Source of the DNA: Candidatus Latescibacterota bacterium
Lineage (GTDB): Bacteria; Latescibacterota; UBA2968; SICM01
Length of the DNA stretch: 64,000 nucleotides
Assembly (NCBI GenBank): GCA_965217865.1
Contig: CBDCJO010000002.1
Span: 3,424,001 to 3,488,000, forward strand
Direction: 5' to 3'
Both the position numbers and the translations under genes were made by a program. Shown one piece after another: positions 42,003 through 51,259 of this stretch. Each line of letters starts with the position of its first letter. Positions within the stretch are counted from its first letter, which is position 1. Under the pieces are notes generated by a model, which was given only the letters and a program-made list of their open reading frames with translations, ran no database searches and had not been told where the DNA came from.

Positions 42003-43512
42003 CGTATACCTCCAGCGTTGAGGGTTGAGTTTGCTTGCGCTTGCCGAATCTTAAGACACCTTGCCTTGCAAGGGAAGATTCAGCCCCTCAACGCTGTTTT
42101 TTCCTCCTTTACTCAATATAGAAATCGTTATCCGGGGGCGCTATGACGACCCCAAGGACCCGGGTGAGATCTCCCATTTTCAGGCCCTCACCAGCGCGCT
42201 TTCCGCAACGATCGGCCTGGGCAACATCGCAGGTGTGGCCATCGCCGTGGGTCTGGGGGGGCCCGGCGCGGTCTTCTGGATGATCCTCACCGCCCTGTTC
42301 GGGATGTCTTCAAAACTCGCTTCCTGCACGCTGGCTGTCATGTACCGCAAGGTTCACCCGGACGGCCATATATCCGGAGGTCCGATGTACTATCTGGAGC
42401 AGGGGCTCCGGGAAAAGGGGCTGCGGCCGCTCGGCCGCACACTGGCCGTCCTCTTCGCTCTCCTCACCATCGGGGGTTCCCTGGGGGGAGGGAACATGTT
42501 CCAGGCCAACCAGACGGTGGAGATCTTCAGCACCATCTCCGAGGACTTCAGGACCTACAACTGGGTGCTTGGTCTCTGCTTCTCGGTCATGGTTGGCATC
42601 GTGATCATCGGCGGTATCCGCCGGATTGGCCGGGTCACGTCCCGTATCGTTCCGTTTATGTGCCTCACCTACGTGATCACGGCGATCCTGATCATCCTTT
42701 CCCATCTTTCCGATGTCCCGGAGATAATCGCAACGATCGTCCGTGAAGCCTTCACGGGACCCGCGGTTTATGGCGGTTTCATCGGAATTCTGGTCACGGG
42801 GGTGAAGCGAGCGGCTTTCTCGAACGAGGCCGGCCTCGGGTCCGCTGCATTTGCGCATTCGGCGGCAAAGACCAATGAGGCCGCGCGCGAAGGTATGGTC
42901 GCGATGATCGGCCCCTTTATTGACACGATCGTCATCTGTCTGATGACCGCATTGGTTTGTATGATTACGGGTGTTTATAACGACCCGCAGTTCCAGGGTC
43001 AGGGCGATTTCGTCGTGGGGGCCAGGATGACGGCCGCGGCCTTCGAGTCGTCCATACCCGGTTCCCGCTACGTCCTTTCGCTGGCCGTCATGCTCTTTGC
43101 TTACTCAACGATGATCTCCTGGTCCTACTACGGGGAACGGGCGTGGGAATATCTCTTTGGGGCCAAATCCATCCTTGTCTTTCGGATCATCTTTGTCTGC
43201 TTCGTCTTTATCGGATCGGTCACCACCTTGAGAAATGTGCTGGACTTTTCGGATATGATGATCCTCGGCATGGCCTTCCCGAATATTATCGGGGTCGTGA
43301 TACTGAGTCCGCAGGTCAAGGCGACTCTGAACGAGTACTGGGGGCGGCTGAAATCGGGACAGATGGTCCCATACCGGGAGGGGCATAAAGTCCAGGATTC
43401 CCGCGGCTCGATGGATGATCCGGGAAAAGCCCGGCCTTAAAATCAAGGGGATTCAGGATTTCCCGCCCTCGGAGCGGGGTAGTGTCCTAATTTGAGAAAT
43501 GCAGGTAGGTAA

Positions 43513-43830
43513 TCAGGTTGGGTTTTTCGATTCGCGGTAGTCTTTAAGGAGGGAAGCCCGCACAGCGTCTTGAGCAGATTTCACCGGAACTATATGGAGC
43601 ACGGCATAAAAACGGCGCCGATCTGAGTTCTGGACTGGTTCGCTCCAGGCATAGCAGACCGACGCTTCTTTATGGCCCTTCAAGTTAAAAACGTGCACAT
43701 CATCTTCCCATACGGTCTGGCCCTGAAAGGTTTCGTGGACGTGTTCGATATGACTGAAGATGGCTTTGCAGGAATGGAGGCCCTCTACGGTTTCTTTAAG
43801 TTCCTTCTGGCCCACTTTCTTCATCTTCAC
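43513..43830 (-). CDS. hypothetical passenger protein
   Basis: 105-aa ORF inside the TIRs (TVWE..V.VF.L.GH...CYAWS). Confidence 0.65.
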   Translation of the reverse strand: MKMKKVGQKELKETVEGLHSCKAIFSHIEHVHETFQGQTVWEDDVHVFNLKGHKEASVCYAWSEPVQNSDRRRFYAVLHIVPVKSAQDAVRASLLKDYRESKNPT

Positions 43831-43939
43831 CTTTCAACAAGTCATCATCCACAAGGAAGGTTTTCAATTGTTTCAAATGTTCCATTGCAGATTCCAATTT
43901 CCTCCACTCCTCTGAGGTCATCGGATTGGGTAAACGTAA

Positions 43940-44715
43940 GGAGATCTACAGAGCGTATAGTGGAAACTCACAGAGACACGATACTAAGGCTGATGTGCCG
44001 TGTTGGGGCTGGATGTGAGAAATTGATGGATTCTGAGATGCGGAATCTGTCTTGTGAGCGGATTCAGTTGGATGAAATTTGGGGCTTTGTTGGGAAAAAG
44101 CAACGACACCTAAAGGAAGGGGATGATGTGGCAAGCCTTGGGGATACGTGGACCTTCGTGGCCTTGGATGCGAAATCGAAGCTGGTGCCTACCTACAAGG
44201 TGGGAAACCGAGATTCGGCAACCGCTCAAGTCTTCTTGGATGATTTGGCTTCCAGGCTGACTGGCAGGATACAGTTATCGTCTGATGCCTTTAGCGTATA
44301 TTTTGAGACCGTTGACCGGGCGTTCGGCACAAATGTTGATTATGGACAAATCGTAAAGGTCTATGAAGCCGAACCTATTGGGGCTGGTAGGTATAGCCCG
44401 CCCAAAGTTACTGGGGCAAGGCGTCAAAGCCTATGGGGAAATCCCGATCCAGCACACATCTCAACCAGCCACGTTGAGAGACAGAATCTCACTATGAGAA
44501 TGAGCATGAGGCGGTTCACCAGATTAACCAATGCATTCTCAAAGAAGTTGGATAACCTCAAGGCAGCGGTGGCCCTTCACTTCGCATACTATAATTTCGT
44601 CAGGATTCATAAGACGCTGGGTATCACACCAGCGATGGAGGCAGGGGTTACAGGTAGGCTTTGGTCGCTTGGGAATCTTATGGATGCGGCAATGGATCAC
44701 AATCATGCAAAATAA
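43940..44715 (+). pseudogene. IS1-family DDE transposase, N-terminus deleted
   Basis: IQLDEIWGFVGKK, LSSDA..Y, STSHVERQNLTMRM..RRFTRLTNAFSKK; starts abruptly within the HTH region. Confidence 0.8.
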
Positions 44716-44819
44716 TCGGGTGACGCCCACTTAAAAGCCAAGATCGATCTTACTCCTGATCCGGTGTAGCCAGCAACGTGCCACGGTTGCAGCTTCACCG
44801 AGAAAGGAGGTGAGATCAT

Positions 44820-44939
44820 ATGGCCAAGCCAAAATTGAAGTGCCGCCCAGAGCGGACTTCAAAACCTGGGCCGAAGGACGTTCGTGTCTCTGAACACAGG
44901 CGGTCTTCGCCAAAACCTATACCAAAGCGGTGTAGGTAA
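44820..44939 (+). CDS. 39-aa basic small protein (MAKPKLKCRPERTSKPGPKDVRVSEHRRSSPKPIPKRCR)
   Basis: Strong RBS AAAGGAGGTGA; below ORF-track cutoff; flanked by 13-bp inverted repeats. Confidence 0.55.
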   Translation: MAKPKLKCRPERTSKPGPKDVRVSEHRRSSPKPIPKRCR

Positions 44940-45044
44940 AGGGTAAGGCGGTGGGCGTCACCCATTTTTAATATATGACCCATTAACAGAATAATCAATA
45001 CAATCCTGAATTCAAATTAGGACACTACCCGGAGCGGATGAAGG

Positions 45045-45073
45045 TTGACACCGGCCATCGCCGGTCTTATATT
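45045..45073 (+). promoter_or_regulatory. sigma70 promoter
   Basis: TTGACA-17-TATATT. Confidence 0.7.
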
Positions 45074-45147
45074 TGGGCGATCAAGGATCCCGAACAAAAA
45101 AGCGGCAACTTCGCCCGGCCACGATCCCCGACACCTTTGGGAGGTGC

Positions 45148-46338
45148 ATGATGACCAAACTCTACTTCGACGTGCGAGACCTTTTCAGCGCAGCCCGGCT
45201 CGGGTGGTCGTTGAGAAGGATCTGGATCGCGTTCTCCGGACTCCTCATCGGTTATGTCGTCTACGGTATCGGCGCCTACGGCGGTCTTTCCATATCGAGA
45301 GGGATTCCCTTTGCCGGCCTCTGGGATCAATATGGGTTTTTCCCGGAGTGCTCTCTGACGCCATTGTGCATCATAGGGTCTGTCCTGGGCTTCCTCATCT
45401 TGATGATCACTTCCTGTGCGATCTGTAAGATCACTTACCAACAGCTCAAGGGGGATGTCTTTTTCTCCTCCGGTGAGGCGTTGAAGTACATTGGTAGCTG
45501 CTGGCAGAGCGTCGTCCTCGGCCCGATTGCGGTCCTGGGTCTGCTGATCGTTTTCCTCGGGAGCGGGTGGCTGATCGGAGTCGTGGGCTGCTATATCCCT
45601 TATGTGGGGGAGATCGGGTTTGCCCTCATATTCATCCCTGTCTTTTTCGCGAGTATTTTCGCCATCTTCATCGCCTTCGCCTTCCTTGTCTCGCTCATCT
45701 TCGCCCCTGCAATCGTCGGCACAACCAAGGAGGATACCCTGGAGGTGGTCATCCAGTCGTTTTCCCTCCTTTGGAGCCAGCCGTGGCGTCTCCTGTTATA
45801 TTTGGGAGGGATTCTGATCACCGTCCGGATTGGAACCTTCGTCCTGGCGTGTCTCAGCTTCTATTCCCTCTACCTGATCAATTCGGTCAGCGGACTGGCG
45901 ATGGGTGAGAAACTATCGGGGATGATGAACGTCGGTCTTGCCTACGTTCCGGACAAACTGATCGCCTGTCTCTTCACGATGGAGGGATACCCACCTCCCG
46001 ATCTTCTCAAATACCTCCCCGGGTCGGGTACGCCCTCTGGGAGCGTCCTTTGGGCGGGAAGGCTCGTGGCCGTCTCGCTGCTCTTCATCGTAGGGTTCAT
46101 TCTATCCTACGCCCTTTCCGCCTTCAACGCAGGGACGACACTGATCTACCTCATTCTTCGGAAGAAGAAGGACGACGAGAACCTCCTCGAGCGGGAGGAC
46201 GAGGAGGAATCCGAACCGATTTCGGAGACGCCTGCGGAAACGGAATCGAGTGAATCGAAGGCAGAGGGAGACAGCGCATCGACGACCGAGCCCCCCAAGA
46301 GCGAAGAGGGGAATGAGCCGGATTCCGGATCCGCATAA
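45148..46338 (+). CDS. hypothetical multi-pass membrane protein with acidic tail
   Basis: GGAGG RBS, many TM helices. Confidence 0.75.
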   Translation: MMTKLYFDVRDLFSAARLGWSLRRIWIAFSGLLIGYVVYGIGAYGGLSISRGIPFAGLWDQYGFFPECSLTPLCIIGSVLGFLILMITSCAICKITYQQLKGDVFFSSGEALKYIGSCWQSVVLGPIAVLGLLIVFLGSGWLIGVVGCYIPYVGEIGFALIFIPVFFASIFAIFIAFAFLVSLIFAPAIVGTTKEDTLEVVIQSFSLLWSQPWRLLLYLGGILITVRIGTFVLACLSFYSLYLINSVSGLAMGEKLSGMMNVGLAYVPDKLIACLFTMEGYPPPDLLKYLPGSGTPSGSVLWAGRLVAVSLLFIVGFILSYALSAFNAGTTLIYLILRKKKDDENLLEREDEEESEPISETPAETESSESKAEGDSASTTEPPKSEEGNEPDSGSA

Positions 46339-47344
46339 GGCGGATCGGGGTTCGGAACTGCAGGCTCTCCTCTCCGAAGTTGCCTCTGCCACCTCCCTCA
46401 GGGAGGGAGAGGAGGGTGTCCGGGCCATCATGTCCGCAGTCGGCAAGGCCGGAGGCCTCCCGATCCGGGATCTTGCGCAGCGCATTCGGATACCTGTCCC
46501 GGTGGTGGCCGCTGTCCGCCGGGAACTGGAAAAGCGGGACTTGCTGGATCGGAAGGGAGGGCTTGCCCTCTCCGAAAAAGGACGGCTCCTCATCGGTGTA
46601 GAAGCGGATACCGCACCCGGACACCGCTGCCCCACCTGTGAGGGGGACGGTTTCATCCTTCCTGAAGAATTCCGGGACCTGGCGCCGCGCTTCGAATCCC
46701 TGGCCAGGGATCGGCCCCCCCCCGACAAGACCCTCGACCAATCCCATACTACAACGGACACTTCGATCAGGCGGGCCCTCTTCCTCCGGGAATACGGTGC
46801 GCTGGACCGGGATCTTCTGATCCTCGGGGACGACGATCTGACCTCTCTGGCCGTCGGTCTTCTTCGAAAGGCGGTCGGCGTGGAGGCCAAGCTCTCGGTG
46901 GTGGAGATCGACCAGAGGGTGGTCACCCATATCCGCACCGTCTCCGAGGCCGAGGGATTCGGGGTCGAAGTCCTGCCTCACGACCTGCGCAATCCCCTAC
47001 CCGAAACCCTTTCCGAGCAGTTCGATGTCTTCTTCACCGACCCTCCTTACACCCTGGAAGGGCTCGGCCTATTCGTGTCGCGCGGCATCTCGGGACTGCG
47101 AAAAGGGGGCGGTCGTCAGGCCTTTATCGCATTCGGCCACAAGGATCCTGAAGAACAGAGGGCGGTTGTTCAGACGATTTCCGATGCCGGCCTGAGCATC
47201 GGAGAGATGCGTCCGGGATTCAACCGGTATGAAGGCGCTCAGGTTCTGGCCGGTGTCAGTTCGATGATCCGTGCGGTCACAACGCCGCATTCAGCAGCTC
47301 CCGAAGGCCGTTATGACGGTCTCCTGTACACGGCGGACCGCTGA
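46313..47344 (+). CDS. bis-aminopropyl spermidine synthase (BpsA/DUF43) family protein
   Basis: RP......DQ, LGDDDLTSLA, EID.R, HDLR.PLP, FDVFFTDPPYT..G..LF.SR. Confidence 0.8.
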   Translation: MSRIPDPHKADRGSELQALLSEVASATSLREGEEGVRAIMSAVGKAGGLPIRDLAQRIRIPVPVVAAVRRELEKRDLLDRKGGLALSEKGRLLIGVEADTAPGHRCPTCEGDGFILPEEFRDLAPRFESLARDRPPPDKTLDQSHTTTDTSIRRALFLREYGALDRDLLILGDDDLTSLAVGLLRKAVGVEAKLSVVEIDQRVVTHIRTVSEAEGFGVEVLPHDLRNPLPETLSEQFDVFFTDPPYTLEGLGLFVSRGISGLRKGGGRQAFIAFGHKDPEEQRAVVQTISDAGLSIGEMRPGFNRYEGAQVLAGVSSMIRAVTTPHSAAPEGRYDGLLYTADR

Positions 47345-47432
47345 CGCATCCTAGTTTCTATCCCACCCGACCCCCTCACCCGTACCCCCTTGGCTTCATT
47401 CATCACGCCCCCCTTACAATCATTGGTAAGGT

Positions 47433-48338
47433 ATGCCGATCCTGTCCGTTGCTGATCTCCCCCGTTTCAAGTCGGCTTTCATCTCCCACGGAAAACGGGC
47501 ATGGTGTTACTACGTTCCGTTCCTGCTCTCCTTCAGCCTTCCTCCCGGTCGGCAGCTGAGCTGGGATCTTTATGAGGGGGGACTCTGCCTGTTTGTCCGG
47601 CGCATCAGAGGAAAGGGGGAACGCGTGGACCTGGTTATTCCCCCGCTCCCCTGTTCCTCAGCAGCTCTGAAAGCTTTTCGTGATGCGTTCCAGTCCCAGA
47701 ATCCGGACCGAAGCCTAAGCATTCTCTGGACCGATGCATCGGATGCGGCTGTCCTCAGGGATTCCGGTTTCGAGCTGACGTTCAAGGATGAGGGATATCT
47801 CTACGATCCATCCGGAGTTTCAGGGTTGGAAGGGCCTTCTTTCCGGGACCTTCGGAAGAGGGTTCGCCGGTTCGAGCGTGAGCACGCCCACGTTTTCCGG
47901 GAGATGGGTCCCTCGGATTTGGAGGCGTGTGAAAACCTTCTCCGGATCTGGCGGAAGGAACAACGAAGGCGACGATCGTTTCTTCTGGATTGGGGCTACA
48001 CGAAGGCTGGCCTCAGGCTTGTCGGCCGGCTGTGCCGGAATGATCTGTCGGGATGGGTGGTGGAGGTGGGAGGAGAGGTGAAGGCCTTTGCGCTGACCGG
48101 AGAGATGAATGATGATTTGGCTAACTTTTTCGTCGCGAAGAGCGACGTTCGCGTTCGGGGTCTTTCGGAATTCCTTCGATGGGGGGTGTGCCGGGAGATG
48201 AAACGTTTCTCACGGGTGAACGACGCGGGGGATTTGGGTTTACCCGGTCTGCGACAGCACAAACGCAAGTTTCGGCCCGTGGGATCGGAGCAGGTTTATT
48301 CTGCGCAGTCAGGGGGAATGAACGCTACCGACCATTGA
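47433..48338 (+). CDS. DUF2156 / lysyltransferase C-terminal-like GNAT protein
   Basis: Y.Y.....L.G..F...RK.V.RF; K.D....GLS; N....LG.PGLR..K..F.P. Confidence 0.7.
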   Translation: MPILSVADLPRFKSAFISHGKRAWCYYVPFLLSFSLPPGRQLSWDLYEGGLCLFVRRIRGKGERVDLVIPPLPCSSAALKAFRDAFQSQNPDRSLSILWTDASDAAVLRDSGFELTFKDEGYLYDPSGVSGLEGPSFRDLRKRVRRFEREHAHVFREMGPSDLEACENLLRIWRKEQRRRRSFLLDWGYTKAGLRLVGRLCRNDLSGWVVEVGGEVKAFALTGEMNDDLANFFVAKSDVRVRGLSEFLRWGVCREMKRFSRVNDAGDLGLPGLRQHKRKFRPVGSEQVYSAQSGGMNATDH

Positions 48339-48953
48339 TTCCAATTCAGCCAGGCCGACCTTTCCGGGTCGAATCAAGGCGGGTGGGCAGACTGACAGAT
48401 CCAACACGGTGGAGGGGATGTCGCCCGTCGAGGGTCCGCCGTCAACGATCAGGTCCAGGCGATTTTCGAAGATCGACGAGGCCTCTTCGGTCGATTTTGC
48501 GGAGGGCTGACCCGAACGGTTGGCGCTCGTCGAGGTGATGGGTCCCGCGACCAGGTCTGTCAGGATCTTTGCCACAGGGTGACTGGAGACGCGGACCGCG
48601 ATCGTGTTGCCGGCTCCGACGAGGGGGACAGGGATCTTTTTTGATGCCCTCAGGACCAGGGTCAGCGGGCCCGGCCAGAAGGCGTTTATCAGTTTATGGG
48701 CTTTCTCCGGGACCTCGTCCGTCAACAATGAGAGATCCGCCTCACCCCGGACGAGGAGGATCAGAGATTTCTCGACTGTGCGGCCCTTCAGATCGAAGAC
48801 TTTCTTCAAGGCATCGGGGTTGAAAGGATCGACCCCGAGACCGTAGACCGTTTCCGTCGGATAGGCGATGATCCCACCCTGACGGATGACTTCGGAAGCC
48901 GTCCTGAGTTGGTTCGGATCCGGATGCGTTGGATCGACGGGAAGGATGGTCAT
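48309..48953 (-). CDS. tsaC: threonylcarbamoyl-AMP synthase (Sua5/YrdC)
   Basis: YPTETVYGL, K.R...K, FWPGPLT, STSANRSG. Confidence 0.93.
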   Translation of the reverse strand: MTILPVDPTHPDPNQLRTASEVIRQGGIIAYPTETVYGLGVDPFNPDALKKVFDLKGRTVEKSLILLVRGEADLSLLTDEVPEKAHKLINAFWPGPLTLVLRASKKIPVPLVGAGNTIAVRVSSHPVAKILTDLVAGPITSTSANRSGQPSAKSTEEASSIFENRLDLIVDGGPSTGDIPSTVLDLSVCPPALIRPGKVGLAELESMVGSVHSP

Positions 48954-49115
48954 AGCGTAAGAGTAAATCTTCAAACAGGAAATGCAAAGTGAAAAATGTA
49001 AAAGGCAGGGGCCAGGGGGCGGAGGTCAGAAAAAAGTCAGACGTGAGACGTGAAAGGTGAGACGGTGGATGAATCACCGGACTTATCGAGAATCGGGTGG
49101 CCCGACAAAATTGGT

Positions 49116-49290
49116 GTAGGGGCGGCATGCCGTGCCCCTCCGAGGGAATTTATGAGAATGTTCGTGATGGACAAATTGAATTCGATTGAGTGTCAGACCT
49201 AGGCTCCTTCCCTAAACCTAACGATTCATATGGGCGGACCTGCGTGTCCGCCCATTTTGTTTGTAGGGTACGGGATTCCGTGCGGCCTCG
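49116..49290. repeat. cluster of GTAG-type REP-like palindromes
   Basis: GTAGGGGCGGCATGCCGTGCCCCT; TGGGCGGACCTGCGTGTCCGCCCA; degenerate GTAGGG unit. Confidence 0.6.
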
Positions 49291-49598
49291 CGGGCCGGGT
49301 TTATTCCCTATTCCAATCTTCAATCCCGTTCCTCTGACTCCTGGTTTTTCCCGACAAAGGTTAATTCTGCGCGCGCGCGCAGAATTGGTCGTGTCCTGGC
49401 GTTTTCCCGTTCCACTTATTATGTAAGACTCTGTAAGTATTTGTGATAACTGATTTGGCACGACTTACTACCCCATGGCATACTACCAAATGGTAATAAG
49501 TATAATTAAAGATAAGAAAACCTCTCAATTTTTTGCCTCTATTGATGAACCCATCCCACTGTCCATAGAGAAAAAATTGGTAATTAAAAGATAAAGGC

Positions 49599-49636
49599 TT
49601 GACAAGTGGACCCATATTGTGTATATTATATACACA
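49599..49636 (+). promoter_or_regulatory. sigma70 promoter with palindrome over the -10 box
   Basis: TTGACA-17-TATATT; TGTGTATAT-T-ATATACACA at 49618-36; AAGGAGG RBS downstream. Confidence 0.75.
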
Positions 49637-49652
49637 CTTAAGGAGGTTCACA

Positions 49653-50531
49653 ATGAACTTGTTTGATATTATGACCCGCTTTCCAGACCAGCAGTCATGC
49701 ATCGATCATCTTGAAAGGATCAGGTTTGGAAACGAGCCTTACTGCCCGCTTTGCGGGGATATGGACGTTGCTCGCAAGAAGGAACGAAACCTTGTGGGCC
49801 GTTGGAACTGCCACGGTTGCAATTCCAGCTTCAACGTATTGTCCAAGACCATCATGCAGAAAACGAAGGTGCCGCTTCAGAAGTGGTTCTGCGCAATCGG
49901 ATTGATCCTCAACGCCAAGAAAAGCCTGTCCAGTTGCCAACTTGCACGGGACCTGGATATGACACAACCCACGGCATGGTATGTGCAACAGCGCATCAGA
50001 GCGGCTATGGCCTCCAAACAACTTCCCCTGCTCAAGGGCATCATCGAAGCGGACGAAACCTATGTCGGCGGCAGACCCCGAAGGCGCAAGAATCGAAAGG
50101 ATGATGACCAAAAGAACAAGCGAGGCAGGGGAACGAAAAAGACGCCTGTCCTAGGCGCGGTGCAGCGTTCCGGGAACGTCACGGCCTGCGTCGCCGAAGA
50201 CACCACCGGACGAAGCATCATGAACTTTTTGAACAATACGGTCAACCCCCATGATTCGATCCTCATTTCAGACGAATATCAAGCCTATGACATCGTTAGA
50301 AGGTTCATGCCTCATTCCGTCATCAACCACAGCGTGAGCTACGCGGACGGCTCAACCCATACCAACACCATCGAAGGATTCTGGTCCCTGCTCAAGAGAG
50401 CCTGGTATGGTTCCCATCATCACTATCGGAAGCATTACATGCCCCTCTACGTGGCCGAAGCGTGCTACAAGTACAACAACCGAAAGAATAAGGACGTGTT
50501 CGGTTCGTTTCTTGAAGGGTGCTTTGCTTAG
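49653..50531 (+). CDS. IS1595 family transposase
   Basis: Zn ribbon CP.CG...C..C; EADETYVGG, SDE...Y, HTNTIEGFWSLLKR. Element ends not identified. Confidence 0.92.
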   Translation: MNLFDIMTRFPDQQSCIDHLERIRFGNEPYCPLCGDMDVARKKERNLVGRWNCHGCNSSFNVLSKTIMQKTKVPLQKWFCAIGLILNAKKSLSSCQLARDLDMTQPTAWYVQQRIRAAMASKQLPLLKGIIEADETYVGGRPRRRKNRKDDDQKNKRGRGTKKTPVLGAVQRSGNVTACVAEDTTGRSIMNFLNNTVNPHDSILISDEYQAYDIVRRFMPHSVINHSVSYADGSTHTNTIEGFWSLLKRAWYGSHHHYRKHYMPLYVAEACYKYNNRKNKDVFGSFLEGCFA

Positions 50532-50532
50532 G

Positions 50533-50799
50533 TTATAATAATCTCTTTATGGCAACCATTATGGCGACAACTATACCAACTGAAGTGAACAAACTCCACA
50601 AAACCCAAGCTTTTGTGGCGAGATGTTTGGCTTCCGTTTCAAGGACTAATACGCGGTTATGCAAATCGCTGGTAGTGCCTAAGCTTTGCTCAACCGATTC
50701 ACGAAGTTCAGTGATTGCCCGTTGGTCTCGTTTAGTCTGTTCGCGTTCACGATCTGCGACAATAGTTTTGGTCAAGACGTTGAACACTGTTTCATCCAT
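50533..50799 (-). CDS. hypothetical coiled-coil + C-terminal TM protein (candidate Panacea partner)
   Basis: Overlaps the 3' end of the Panacea gene by 8 nt. Confidence 0.6.
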   Translation of the reverse strand: MDETVFNVLTKTIVADREREQTKRDQRAITELRESVEQSLGTTSDLHNRVLVLETEAKHLATKAWVLWSLFTSVGIVVAIMVAIKRLL

Positions 50800-51259
50800 T
50801 CGTCTTCACCGTTTTCTTCGCTATATTACGATAGTAATTTTGTATAACCTCGTTTGGGATAATGCTGCCAATACCAGATGTTTGTCGCACAATATCCCAC
50901 GGACTACCTGACTCATGCGTTATACTGGACAATTCTAATGCAGTATAATCGCGATAGGCACGATTGATGAATTCGGTTATTCCTTTCTGGTCATCGTTAA
51001 AAGAAGAGGACATGTCAACCGGAACCACAGATATGGGCTCTCCCCTGAAAGACTTGTATTTTTGATACAAAATGGGCACGACAGGTCCATGGCGCCACGC
51101 CTCAACCGGTTCGTAAATCAGTGGTTCTTCACATATGCCCAGCATCCATCCATGAGCAAGATATGCCATTTTAAGTATATGCATGGGCGTAGTTTCAGCA
51201 TCTCTTCTCAACCAGAGTATCTGCGTGGCAACAATGGTAGCCGAGATACTACGTAACAT
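50792..51259 (-). CDS. Panacea (DUF4065/SocA-like) antitoxin domain protein
   Basis: LK..Y..HG, EAW.HGPV.P.LY, L...TH...SPW. Confidence 0.88.
   Translation of the reverse strand: MLRSISATIVATQILWLRRDAETTPMHILKMAYLAHGWMLGICEEPLIYEPVEAWRHGPVVPILYQKYKSFRGEPISVVPVDMSSSFNDDQKGITEFINRAYRDYTALELSSITHESGSPWDIVRQTSGIGSIIPNEVIQNYYRNIAKKTVKTNG

Larger units (their letters stand above)
40212..42125 (-). mobile_element. IS110 family element with long 3' non-coding end (IS1111-like layout), no TSD
   Basis: Boundaries inferred from in-frame reconstruction of the interrupted symporter; one shared C at both junctions (40211, 42126). Confidence 0.85.
39906..43440 (+). pseudogene. alanine/glycine:cation symporter (AGCS) split by IS110 (5' part 39906-40211, 3' part 42127-43440)
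   Basis: Halves join in frame as ...GFRHAIH|VIRGRYDD..GEISHFQAL..ATIGLGNIAGV; GGPMYY and SNEAGLGS motifs. Confidence 0.9.
43478..45029 (+). mobile_element. IS1-family element with passenger genes
   Basis: 18-bp TIR GGTAGTGTCCTAATTTGA / TCAAATTAGGACACTACC; 8-bp TSD CGGAGCGG at 43470-77 and 45030-37. Confidence 0.92.

Noticed and set aside
49455-49472. Sigma54 promoter (TGGCACG)
   Set aside because: No TTGC -12 element at the correct spacing.
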